NCBI RefSeq assembly: GCF_003044035.1 | Contig: NZ_NVQC01000023.1 | Span: 109,301 to 141,300 of the forward strand | Length of the DNA: 32,000 nt | DNA from: Candidatus Methylomirabilis limnetica | Lineage (GTDB): Bacteria; Methylomirabilota; Methylomirabilia; Methylomirabilales; Methylomirabilaceae | Direction: 5' to 3' | In this document: positions 17,300 through 25,759 of the stretch, piece by piece | Numbering within the stretch: the stretch's first letter is position 1 | How the letters are laid out: every line of letters begins with the position of its first letter | Translations under genes and position numbers: made by a program | Notes under the pieces: model-generated | The model's database searches: none | What the model saw: only the letters and a program-made list of their open reading frames with translations | What the model was told of the DNA's origin: nothing

Positions 17300-17416
17300 G
17301 CGAGTGTCCGCTGAGTGGGATTCGCTACCGCCCGCATTATACCACGGAGCACGATGCCTCGGTGAGAAGGGCCACGGAATCCGCCCGTGCTCTCTTCGTT
17401 TGCCATGGTTCCACCT

Positions 17417-17605
17417 CTAGCTTTCCCCCTCGTGAAGGGTCTGTGTCGCGCCAGTTCGCGCGAGCTGCCGGCCCCTCCAGACCTCGAAGATGACGGGGCA
17501 CACGACCAGATCGAGGATGAACGACGTGACAACGCCACCGATCATGGGGGCGGCGCTCCGCTTCATGACGTCCGCGCCGGCGCCGTGGCTCCACATGATC
17601 GGAAT
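17417..17605 (-). pseudogene. C-terminal remnant of a CusA/CzcA-type heavy-metal RND efflux pump
   Basis: Hand translation gives IPIMWSHGAGADVMKRSAAPMIGGVVTSFILDLVVCPVIFEVWRGRQLA...* with no start codon. It resembles the last TM helix region of CusA (G.GSEVM.RIAAPMIGGMIT..LL.L.VIP). It starts one codon after the ATPase TGA and is in the same frame. Confidence 0.5.
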
Positions 17606-17608
17606 AGT

Positions 17609-20236
17609 TCAACACACCAAGGCCGGCGCGTTCCGCCGGTCGGCCCTCCGCTTCAACCATTTCTCCCCCTCAACGGCAAAAAAGATGACAGAAGATACCC
17701 CAAGGGCCAGAGCCAGCTCCACAGGGCTCAGGGGTTCGGTCTTGAAGATGCCGTTTAGGATCGGGAGGTAGATGGTGGCCATCTGCAGAAGAAACGTCAG
17801 GACGACCGCCCCCAGAAGCGGTATGTTGGTCAGAAGCCCCTGGGTCAACAGCGATTCCCGCTCCGAGCGGATGGCGAGCACATGGCCCAACTGGGATAGA
17901 CAGAGGACGGTGAAGACCACGGTCTGCCAGTGGGCGGACCCGATGGAGGTGAACCACCCCTCCGCGCTTAGTGTCAGGGCTGCCATCAAGAGTCCCACCC
18001 AGATGACGTGGATGCCCAGGCCATGGGAGAAGACCCCCTCCTGCGGCGGTCGTGGGGGCCGCCCCATGACATCCCTCTCCTCCGGCTCCGCCGCCAGCGC
18101 AAGGCCGGGCAGACCATCTGTTACGAGATTGATCCAGAGGATTTGAATCGGAAGGAGCGGAATCGGTAATCCGAAGAAGGGTGCAAGGAAAATGGTCCAA
18201 ACCTCGCCTGAGTTAGTGGTCAACCCGTACTTGATGAACCGCCGCATGTTGTCGTAGATCTTCCGCCCCTCTCGCACCGCCCGGACGATGGTGGCGAAAT
18301 TATCGTCCAGCAGGATCATGGAGCTGGCCTCTTTCGCCACATCGGTGCCGGTTATTCCCATGGCCACCCCGATGTCAGCCTGCTTTAGCGCCGGGGCGTC
18401 ATTGACCCCGTCACCGGTCATGGCCACGAACTCCCCCCGGGCCTGAAGCGCCTTGACAATCTTCAGCTTTTGCTCCGGCGCGACCCGCGCATATACCCGC
18501 ACCTTCTCGACCCGCGCCTCAAGCTCATGTTGGGAAAGGGTGGCCAGCGCGGGCCCGGTCATGACGGCATCGCCGTCGTCGTCCAGGATCCCGAGCCGCC
18601 GGGCGATGGCCCGGGCCGTCAGAGCATGATCGCCAGTGATCATCACGGGGATGATGCCGGCCGCGCGGCACGTAGCGACCGCCTCGCGCGCCTCCTCGCG
18701 GGGCGGATCCATGATCCCCACGAAACCAAGCAGCGTCAGCTCCCGCTCCACCGTTTCCGGAGTTACCGTCGCCGGCAGGGCCGCCCACCGGCGCAGACCC
18801 ACGGCGAGCACCCGGAGCCCGTCCGCTGCCATCCGCTCGCTGATTGTCTCGAGGTGGTCCCGCCGGATCTCGACCGTTCCCGACGAGGTCAACATCTGTG
18901 AGGATCTTTCGATGATGACCTCGACCGCCCCCTTGGTAAAGGAGACGAAGCCGCCTGCCGGGTCCCGGTGCAGGGTCGTCATGCACTTGCGCTCCGAATC
19001 GAAGGGGATCTCCGCCACCCGGGGATAGTCCTTCTCGACCTCCCGCTTCTCCATCCCAGCCAGCCTGGCGGCCATGAAGAGCGCCGCCTCCGTCGGATCC
19101 CCAACGATCACTTCCGCGGTATTGACGCTGGCGTCGTTACTGAGCGCCATTGCACGAAGGAACTCGTCCCAAGGGTCGCCGGATCCGGGAGCGGAGACGA
19201 TGGTCCCATCGCAATAGAACTCCTCTACTTGCATCCGGTTCATGGTCAGCGTGCCGGTCTTGTCGGAACAGATGTAGGTCACAGACCCCAGGGTCTCCAC
19301 GGCAGGGAGCTTCCGCACCAGTGCCTTCTTCTGCACCATCTTCCTCGCGCCGATGGCCAGAGAGATGGTGACGACTGCGGGAAGGGCTTCCGGGATGGCG
19401 GCCACAGCCAGGCTGCCGGCCGTCAGGAACATGAGGAGGGGAGCCTCGCCGCGCAGAATCCCCGCCATGAAGATGATGGCGCAGATAGCCAGGGCAGCGA
19501 TCGCCAGGTGCCGACCGAAGCCGGCCAACCGCTTCTGCAGCGGAGTCTTGCCTTCGCCTGTTTTCTGAAGCAGAGTGGCGATCTTCCCGAATTCGGTCTG
19601 CATGCCGGTCGCCACCACCACCCCGCTTCCCCGCCCGTACGTCGCAACCGTCCCCTTGTAGGCCATGTTTTTCCGATCGCCGACCGAAAGCAACTCTTCA
19701 TGGAGCGGTGCTGTCACCTTTTCGACAGGAACGGACTCCCCGGTGAGGGCGGCCTCGTCAATCCTGAGCTGCGCCATATCGAAGAGTCTCAGGTCCGCGG
19801 GCACGATCGCGCCGGCTTCGAGGATGACGACATCCCCCGGAACAACATCCGACGCCGGGATCACCGCTCTCCCTCCGTTCCGGAGAACTACGGCGGCAGG
19901 AGCGGCCATGGCCCTCAGTGCCTCCATGGCCCGTTCGGCCCGGTACTCCTGGACGAAGCCGATCACCGCATTCAGAATGACGATCGCCACTATGGCGATC
20001 GTATCCTTTGCCTCACCGATCACGCCCGAGACAACAGCGGCGGCCAGCAGGACAAGGATCATAAAGTCGGTGAACTGGTCGAAGAACATCCCCAGAGGCG
20101 TCCGCCGTTTCCCTTCCGCGAGCACGTTAGGACCGTGCTCGCAGAGTCGGCGCTCCGCCTCTGTCGTCGTGAGACCTTCGACGGATGTCCTCAGTGCGTC
20201 GACAACCGCCTGGGTGGATTGCTGATGCCAAGTCAT
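17609..20236 (-). CDS. Cation-transporting P-type ATPase, type II (Ca2+/SERCA-PMCA-like)
   Basis: N-terminal Cation_ATPase_N-like segment, LTGES, phosphorylation site CSDKTGTLT, TGDGVNDAPAL, IPEALP in TM4. Length 875 aa. Confidence 0.9.
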   Translation of the reverse strand: MTWHQQSTQAVVDALRTSVEGLTTTEAERRLCEHGPNVLAEGKRRTPLGMFFDQFTDFMILVLLAAAVVSGVIGEAKDTIAIVAIVILNAVIGFVQEYRAERAMEALRAMAAPAAVVLRNGGRAVIPASDVVPGDVVILEAGAIVPADLRLFDMAQLRIDEAALTGESVPVEKVTAPLHEELLSVGDRKNMAYKGTVATYGRGSGVVVATGMQTEFGKIATLLQKTGEGKTPLQKRLAGFGRHLAIAALAICAIIFMAGILRGEAPLLMFLTAGSLAVAAIPEALPAVVTISLAIGARKMVQKKALVRKLPAVETLGSVTYICSDKTGTLTMNRMQVEEFYCDGTIVSAPGSGDPWDEFLRAMALSNDASVNTAEVIVGDPTEAALFMAARLAGMEKREVEKDYPRVAEIPFDSERKCMTTLHRDPAGGFVSFTKGAVEVIIERSSQMLTSSGTVEIRRDHLETISERMAADGLRVLAVGLRRWAALPATVTPETVERELTLLGFVGIMDPPREEAREAVATCRAAGIIPVMITGDHALTARAIARRLGILDDDGDAVMTGPALATLSQHELEARVEKVRVYARVAPEQKLKIVKALQARGEFVAMTGDGVNDAPALKQADIGVAMGITGTDVAKEASSMILLDDNFATIVRAVREGRKIYDNMRRFIKYGLTTNSGEVWTIFLAPFFGLPIPLLPIQILWINLVTDGLPGLALAAEPEERDVMGRPPRPPQEGVFSHGLGIHVIWVGLLMAALTLSAEGWFTSIGSAHWQTVVFTVLCLSQLGHVLAIRSERESLLTQGLLTNIPLLGAVVLTFLLQMATIYLPILNGIFKTEPLSPVELALALGVSSVIFFAVEGEKWLKRRADRRNAPALVC

Positions 20237-20405
20237 TACGTCTCCGCTGTGACAGGGGTCGGAATCATCAGCCTCGAGGGTGTGTGGATCTGTGCTCCTG
20301 TGCCCGAGGCCGGCTGATCTTCTTCCCTTGCAACTCTTACCGAGTGTTCGCGCCGCACAGCGGGAGCGCAGCGGACGCTGTAAGCCGTCGTCTGGACAGC
20401 CTCGG

Positions 20406-21755
20406 TCAGGTGGTGCATTTTGCCGAGGAGACGGGCCTTGGAAGCAGCCAAAACAAGAGCAGGGTCCCTATCACCGCGGACAATGCCGACCCAGACAGAA
20501 TCCCCACCTTGGCGGCGTTGAGCAATACGCCCTCCAACGCCAAGCCTGCGATGAATAGCGCCATGGTGAAGCCGATACCTGCCAGTATGCCGCCCGCTGT
20601 AAGTATGCTCCAGTTCACACCCTCAGGCAGCTTGGCAATGCCCAAGCGCACCGCCAGCCAACTAAAACTTACAATGCCTACAGGCTTGCCGACTCCTAGG
20701 CCTACCATGACCGCCACCGCAACGGGTTCACGAAAGTCCGTGAGGTTGATCGATACCCCAGCATTTGCCAACGCAAAGAGGGGCATGATCACAAAGCTCA
20801 CCCACGGGTGCAGTGCGGTCTCAAGCCGTTCAAGGGGGGACAAAATCTCTCGTGCCGCCACCTGGATATCACGCAACGCCGCGTGGTTCTTCCCCTCATT
20901 ACTCCAGCGTTCCCCTTCAACATACGCAGTAAACTGCTGGACGATCGCGTGCAGGCGGCCCGCACTGACCCACACATGGGCCGGCGTGAGCAGACCCAAG
21001 ATCACGCCGGCAATCGTGGCATGGACCCCGGATGCATGGAACGCCAACCAGATCACCGTCCCAACGATGCAATAGATCGGGACACTGCGCACCCCAAGGC
21101 GGGCCAGTCCTCTCACGACACCAAGACCCAGCAAGCCCAAGAAAAGCGCAGCGAGGTTGATGTGGCTTGTATAGCCGATAGCGATGACGAGGATGGCGCC
21201 GACGTCGTCAGCGATCGCCAGCGAAAGGAGGACAATACGCAAGCCCTGCGGGACCCGTGTCCCCAAGACCGCCAGACAACCAACGACAAAAGCGATGTCG
21301 GTCGCCATGGGAATACCCCAGCCGCGCTCGCCGGGCTGTCCGAGTTGGCCCGCGAGATAGAGAGTAGCCGGTACGACCATGCCGCCCGCCGCTGCAATGA
21401 TGGGGAGCGCGGCCGTTCGCATGTCCCTGAGTTCCCCGAGTACTAATTCGCGTTTGACTTCTAAGCCAACCACGAAAAAGAAAATCGCCATGAGACCGTC
21501 GTTGATCCAATGCCTTAAAGAGTGGTTCATCTCAAACGTACCAAACGTGAGACCGAATGGAGTCTTCCACAGGCCCAGAAATGCATTTGCCAAAGGTGAG
21601 TTGGCGAGAGCGAGCGCAAGACATGTAGCAAAAAGCAGGAGAAACCCACTGGCTGCCTCGATACGCAAAAAGCGCGCGAGCGGCTCGATGATGCGATCGA
21701 CCGGTTTCGCGGGCAGGCGAGCCAGGTCGTTGGAGTGTTGAGGTTGTTGCAACAT
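20406..21755 (-). CDS. nhaA: Na+/H+ antiporter NhaA
   Basis: FLRIEAASGFLLLFATCLALALANSP, FFFVVGLEVKRE, and ATDIAFVVG (the NhaA Asp pair). The ATG at 21755 is preferred; the 39-codon upstream extension in the track is not NhaA-like. Confidence 0.85.
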   Translation of the reverse strand: MLQQPQHSNDLARLPAKPVDRIIEPLARFLRIEAASGFLLLFATCLALALANSPLANAFLGLWKTPFGLTFGTFEMNHSLRHWINDGLMAIFFFVVGLEVKRELVLGELRDMRTAALPIIAAAGGMVVPATLYLAGQLGQPGERGWGIPMATDIAFVVGCLAVLGTRVPQGLRIVLLSLAIADDVGAILVIAIGYTSHINLAALFLGLLGLGVVRGLARLGVRSVPIYCIVGTVIWLAFHASGVHATIAGVILGLLTPAHVWVSAGRLHAIVQQFTAYVEGERWSNEGKNHAALRDIQVAAREILSPLERLETALHPWVSFVIMPLFALANAGVSINLTDFREPVAVAVMVGLGVGKPVGIVSFSWLAVRLGIAKLPEGVNWSILTAGGILAGIGFTMALFIAGLALEGVLLNAAKVGILSGSALSAVIGTLLLFWLLPRPVSSAKCTT

Positions 21756-22013
21756 ACTGCGGCACCCAATTCTGACAAGGTCTCTGCCGGTAGAGTCGAA
21801 GAAGGGTGCGGTGGTCTTAGGAACGGGGAATCGCTGTTGTCGGAAGCCTTCGCTGCTGTACCGGCGCCTCAATCCGTCCCATCACTCCGTCTCCCGACTC
21901 TGCTCATCGAACCGGACGTGCGGATTTACCGCATCCGGCTCTCCGACTGGTATTACACACCAGGACCCACGCAGGCGGCGTCACCCGTGGCGCTCCTAGC
22001 GTGGGGATACGCA

Positions 22014-22436
22014 CTACTCCTGCTGAATCGAACCCAGGTAGTCGGTGAGGGCTCGTGAGTGCAGAAGCGAGGTGTAGGCAGGGTAGCCTTCACGTCGATG
22101 CTCATCCTCGAACACCGCCCCCCAGACAGGCATCTCCCTGGTCCCATGCTCGGCCACTGCGCGCCGGCCGTCGATGATTTGCATCACATAGCTCTCATCA
22201 AATCGCCCGTCGTAGCGCTTCGAGATCAGCCGAAGGTCGGATGGGTGTCGCCGCATGGATGCTGCCACCGAACCGTTTCCGTCTCCTGACTCGCCGTGAC
22301 ATGAGGCGCAATGCCGAAGATAGAGGGCCTGTCCGGTAACCGGCTCCGAAGCGCCACGGCACGAGACGAGCATCGGACTGACAGCGAACGCGAGGACAGC
22401 GGTTCCCTTAGCGATTCTAGTTAGCCTCGCGATCAT
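22014..22436 (-). CDS. Class I c-type cytochrome, probable lipoprotein
   Basis: One CxxCH (CASCH) followed by a distal MPVW Met region. Signal peptide with the lipobox LVSC. Confidence 0.8.
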   Translation of the reverse strand: MIARLTRIAKGTAVLAFAVSPMLVSCRGASEPVTGQALYLRHCASCHGESGDGNGSVAASMRRHPSDLRLISKRYDGRFDESYVMQIIDGRRAVAEHGTREMPVWGAVFEDEHRREGYPAYTSLLHSRALTDYLGSIQQE

Positions 22437-22594
22437 CCCAAGCCCTCCTTTGCGCCGTCCAACGTTGACCTAACGGGCGTACAAAAGCCGAGGGAAGCGT
22501 CGCTATTGCACGTCCGTGTTGAGCGAATTGTTAAGCTGCTTGCCGTTGAAGTAGGAAACTCGGAACTCGTCCACGATTCTCTCAAACGCGCTCC

Positions 22595-22858
22595 CTACTC
22601 GACGTCGCGGTAGGAATTCTCACTCCCCCAGACATTGGGAACTTTTGGGGCAAAAGGGTCGTTCCACCACTCCTTGCCGTCTACGAAGAATTTGTACTCA
22701 TATCGACCAGGCTCTAAGGATAGTGAGATGATCCAGACCGTCTGGAGGCCGTCGTAGACCATCGGGTGATCCGACACATTCCAGCCGTTGAAATCCCCTG
22801 CCAGGGTCACCGACTGGGCTCCAGGGCAGTGGAAGCTGAAGCTTACGACCTTTCCCAT
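22595..22858 (-). CDS. Stand-alone CBM48 / AMPK-beta-type glycogen-binding-domain protein, paralog A
   Basis: VSFSFHCPGAQSVTLAGDFNGWN...GRYEYKFFVDGKEWWNDP. The ATG at 22858 follows GGGAGGA; the track start at 22879 is a GTG. Confidence 0.8.
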   Translation of the reverse strand: MGKVVSFSFHCPGAQSVTLAGDFNGWNVSDHPMVYDGLQTVWIISLSLEPGRYEYKFFVDGKEWWNDPFAPKVPNVWGSENSYRDVE

Positions 22859-22962
22859 CGCGAATCCTCCCAGCCCCACTTCTCGTATAAGCCGTCTGAA
22901 GTGTCTATCCGGATTCCATCGGTCATGATCCGGCCGACCAGGGCGGCGATGAAATATATCGC

Positions 22963-23922
22963 TTATTTAGCTACAGATCCTGATGACTGATCGCCTACCC
23001 CCTTGCTCTCCTTGCTCTCCCTGCTCCCTCTGCTCTCCCTGCTCTCCCTGCTCCCCTTGATCTCCCTACTCTCCTGCGGCCCACCTACGCCAATAAACGG
23101 CACAGCCCCAGCGCCTGTAACCTGGGGAAGTATGCCATTCCATTTGTCTATAGCCCGGAGATTGGCCTCTATCTTTCTCAGTTCTATCAGGTCCGGTGAA
23201 ATATTTGCTTTCTGCAGCCTCAGGGACTCTGCCTCTGCCCTGGCTGCTGTAATCGTCTGCTCTGCCTCTACCTTTATCCTGTCCAGGTCTCTCTTTGCCT
23301 TCAGTGCAAGCTGTTCTGCTGTCTGCTTTGCCTCAATAGCCTCAGTAAATACTCGTGAGAAGCTGAATGTGACAATAGAAAACGCATCCACTACTATGTT
23401 ATACGCTAGGAGTCTTTCTGAAAGGGCTGCTCTTATTGCCTCGCTTACCGCTGGCCTCTTTGTGATAAGCTCTTCCGCTGTGTATTTGGCCGACACCGCC
23501 TTCATTACCTCTTGTATTGCAGGGTCTATAATACGCACCTTGAACTGAACTCCAAGCGTTTGATAGACAACATTTGCCTTCTCAGGTAGGATATGATAGT
23601 TAAGCGCAACCGACAAAGTCACATCCTGAAGATCAGCCGATGCAGATGCGGCATCAGTCACTGCCTTCTGAACCTTGACATCCATTGGGATAACGCTTTG
23701 CATTATAGGCACCCTGAAATGCAGTCCTTCTCCAAGCACAATCTCTTGAACAGCGCCAAAATTAAGGACAACCCCTCTTTCACCTGCACCAATCTGAACC
23801 CATGGATGTAAAATCATAAAACCGACCAGAATTGCTGCAAACATCAGCGCTAGCATCACAGGGCCTTTCATCAGTACAGACTGCACTGCCTTCTTGGCCA
23901 TGAAGATCTCTCTCTCATCCAT
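22963..23922 (-). CDS. SPFH/band-7 (prohibitin/HflC-like) membrane protein with a repetitive charged C-terminal tail
   Basis: N-terminal TM helix (VMLALMFAAILVGFMIL), then GERGVVLNFGAV...a typical band-7 core, a coiled-coil segment, and the tail ESREIKGSRESRESRGSRESKESKG. GC is clearly lower than in the flanks. Confidence 0.85.
   Translation of the reverse strand: MDEREIFMAKKAVQSVLMKGPVMLALMFAAILVGFMILHPWVQIGAGERGVVLNFGAVQEIVLGEGLHFRVPIMQSVIPMDVKVQKAVTDAASASADLQDVTLSVALNYHILPEKANVVYQTLGVQFKVRIIDPAIQEVMKAVSAKYTAEELITKRPAVSEAIRAALSERLLAYNIVVDAFSIVTFSFSRVFTEAIEAKQTAEQLALKAKRDLDRIKVEAEQTITAARAEAESLRLQKANISPDLIELRKIEANLRAIDKWNGILPQVTGAGAVPFIGVGGPQESREIKGSRESRESRGSRESKESKGVGDQSSGSVAK
23002..23075. 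repeat. About 8 tandem copies of a 9-bp unit (CTTGCTCTC-like) inside the SPFH 3' end
   Basis: cttgctctc cttgctctc cctgctccc tctgctctc cctgctctc cctgctccc cttgatctc cctactctc. Encodes the [ES][RK] triplet tail on the minus strand. Confidence 0.8.
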
Positions 23923-23968
23923 TCTATATACCCCTTCCGGCTCTATGAGCCTACGCGAAACAACTTGA

Positions 23969-24507
23969 TCAACTTAACCGCTTCGACTTCTTTAGCTTTC
24001 TGAGCTTGATCGTATAGTTCCATTCCCCGTGGAACTTATGGGGGTTCGATGTTGAGAGCGGCCAGTTCCTCATTCGAGACCTTGATCTTGAGGGAATACT
24101 CCCGTGTGTCCAGCTTGGCTTTGACCTTCAATCCTGTCTTGGGCATGGTCGCACCGATCTGTTGTACCACAACTTCATGGCTCATCAACGGACGCTCTCT
24201 CCAATTCATGCTGATGTAGGAAAATAACCGATATTCGATCTTGTTCCACCTTCTTGGTGTCGACCGAGATGATGGGGTCGCCCGCCTTCAAGAAATGATG
24301 AACGTGACGACTGAGATGCTGAAATTGCCGGTCGTGATCTGGATAGGCCGCGCCTTCCGCCAGCGTTTTCATGATGCTCTGGTCTCTCAGGGCGATCGGC
24401 TTGCGATCGCCGCCCGTCGCTCGGACCCCGCACCCTGCCGCTACCTGGCGGCTCATCTCCTCGCGCTCAGCGAAGGTGAGTCTCTTGTAAGTTGTCATCC
24501 AGCACAA
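23969..24507 (-). pseudogene. ISAzo13-family (DDE_Tnp_ISAZ013-like) transposase remnant, internally deleted and frameshifted
   Basis: ORF 24175-24507 contains ..AEGAAYPDHDRQFQHLSRHVHHFLKAGDPIISVDTKK.. . A second frame at 23969-24180 gives ..TGLKVKAKLDTREYSLKIKVSNEELAALNIEP, then after a frameshift HKFHGEWNYTIKL..*. Both are motifs I associate with ISAzo13 transposases, which are over 400 aa when intact. Confidence 0.55.
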
Positions 24508-24567
24508 CTCCTTTCTCTTGAGCTATCCCAGGATACAGGTGTTGCGCTAGAAACTTGAACTCAGGTT

Positions 24568-24603
24568 AAAAAAAAGCCGCCTCCGCCTCTCGCGGATGGC
24601 GGC
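24568..24603 (-). terminator. Strong Rho-independent terminator
   Basis: Minus strand: GCCGCC-A-TCCGC GAGAG GCGGA GGCGGC followed by TTTTTTTT. This is an 11-bp GC stem with one bulge and a T8 tract. Confidence 0.75.
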
Positions 24604-24805
24604 CCGACCACCCTCTGTCCTCCGAAAATAGCTAGACGCTATCTCCGGACCCCTCTGGAATAACCTGTCACAACGTTATGTCCTAAGAAGTCATTTTGAT
24701 GATCGGCGACAACCTCACAACACCCTACGAAGAGACCATTCGATGCGAACATGCGACCTCAGCAGGCGTCAGCTTCAGATGTGTCGACGCGTTACACTAA
24801 CGCTC
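24604..24805 (-). other. Orphan transcription unit between a duplicated lgt-type promoter and the terminator: candidate sRNA, or mRNA for a 37-aa micro-ORF at 24639-24752
   Basis: No ORF of 60 aa or more. The micro-ORF MFASNGLFVGCCEVVADHQNDFLGHNVVTGYSRGVRR starts after CTGAGGTCGC and shares its first 4 residues and its leader with lgt (MFASPGPF..). Confidence 0.35.
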
Positions 24806-24833
24806 ACTATAGCCCTAAATCGAGTGCAGTCAA
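24806..24833 (-). promoter_or_regulatory. Putative sigma70-type promoter, paralog of the lgt promoter
   Basis: Minus strand: TTGACT (24833-24828), a 16-nt spacer GCACTCGATTTAGGGC, then TATAGT (24811-24806). Compare the lgt promoter TTGACT-TCACTCGATTTTTGGC-TAGAGT. Confidence 0.5.
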
Positions 24834-24855
24834 GGTCAATCAGGCTCTGTGCCCC

Positions 24856-25119
24856 CTACTCGATATCGAGGTATGAATTCTCACTCCCCCAGACATTGGG
24901 AACTTTTGGTGCGGAGGGGTCGTTCCACCACACCCGACCATCCACGAAGAACTTGTACTCGTATCGGCCAGGCTCTAACGGAAGCGCGACGGTCCATACC
25001 TCCTGGATGCCGTCATAGACCATCGGGTGGGCCGACACATTCCAGCCGTTGAAATCCCCCGCCAGGATGACCGACCCGGCTCCAGGACAGCGAAAGCTGA
25101 AGCTGGCAATCCTTCCCAT
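24856..25119 (-). CDS. Stand-alone CBM48 / AMPK-beta-type glycogen-binding-domain protein, paralog B
   Basis: IASFSFRCPGAGSVILAGDFNGWN...GRYEYKFFVDGRVWWNDP. Roughly three quarters of residues are identical to paralog A by eye. The ATG at 25119 follows GAGGGA. Confidence 0.8.
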   Translation of the reverse strand: MGRIASFSFRCPGAGSVILAGDFNGWNVSAHPMVYDGIQEVWTVALPLEPGRYEYKFFVDGRVWWNDPSAPKVPNVWGSENSYLDIE

Positions 25120-25570
25120 AGCCAATCCCTCTGTCATCAATGCTCATGTAGCGCGCCCAAGGTTTCTGCGCGGAGCTAATTCATGCTGAGCTCATCAGTG
25201 ATGAAATTACACAATGGATCGCAAATAGGCAAGTTCTTTATGCCTGGAACGTACCGCGCGATTCCCTGGAGAGCTCGCAGGTCTTAACGGCTACTCTGGT
25301 TAATCTGAAACGTCTGAACTGCACAGCATGGGAGGTGGGATGGCGAAGGCATACTGCAGCGGATGTGGGATCACACCGGTAGATCCTTCAGCGTCGCTAC
25401 CAGCGCCCGTGGTGACTGGTCGACTCCGGCCAGCACCGTAATCTGGGCGCACGACACGTACTGCTTGGGAATTCAACTGGACCTCGGTCCCTCTGGTGAG
25501 GGCTCCAGTCGGTTAATCCTTTCGGTTACAGAACTGCCTCCTCGACAGAAAGGTGTGGTAGAATACAACC

Positions 25571-25759
25571 ATGATACAGAAGATTACCAGGAAATATCAC
25601 TTGCAAGAGCACGCCACCACACAAGCTGACTTAGCCTACTGGCTGAGTAAAACGCCCGAAGAACGCGTCGCTACCGTCGACTATTTGCGCGGACAATATT
25701 ATGGAAACGCAACCAGACTTCAGAGAGTTGCTCGCGTTGTTCAGCGCCCACCGCGTTGA
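25571..25759 (+). CDS. Small hypothetical protein, possible partner of the downstream nucleotidyltransferase
   Basis: MIQKITRKYHLQEH..LAYWLSKTPEERVATVDYLRGQYYG..TRLQRVARVVQR. TAGAAT lies about 10 nt upstream. Overlaps the next gene by 59 nt in another frame. Confidence 0.45.
   Translation: MIQKITRKYHLQEHATTQADLAYWLSKTPEERVATVDYLRGQYYGNATRLQRVARVVQRPPR

Noticed and set aside
16061-17314. Long plus-strand ORF (417 aa) antisense to pyruvate kinase. Similar cases are 18968-20317 (449 aa, antisense to the ATPase), 15309-16064, 20185-21075, 2489-3280, 10546-11178, and the alternative-frame ORF 12258-12899 inside lgt.
   Set aside because: Each lies fully within, or opposite to, a gene with unambiguous catalytic motifs. 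The translations are Arg/Pro/Gly/His-rich and low in complexity with no recognisable motif. This is the usual shadow-ORF behaviour of GC-rich DNA.
17296-17660. Track ORFs 17296-17538 and 17337-17660 (minus strand) between pyk and the ATPase.
   Set aside because: Both are in frames other than the one giving the clear RND C-terminal similarity, and both are Arg/Ser/Gly-rich without motifs.
22020-22040. GGGTTCGATTC T-loop-like motif on the minus strand.
   Set aside because: It is the coding sequence for the C-terminus (..YLGSIQQE*) of the cytochrome c gene, and no cloverleaf can be drawn around it.
25363-25629. 88-aa plus-strand ORF and a minus-strand peptide (..AQITVLAGVDQSPRALVATLKDLPV*) upstream of the NTase module.
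   Set aside because: The minus-strand frame is closed by a stop about 32 codons upstream and has no start. The plus-strand ORF has no motif, no ribosome-binding site, and overlaps the start of the 25571 ORF. It is probably non-coding spacer.
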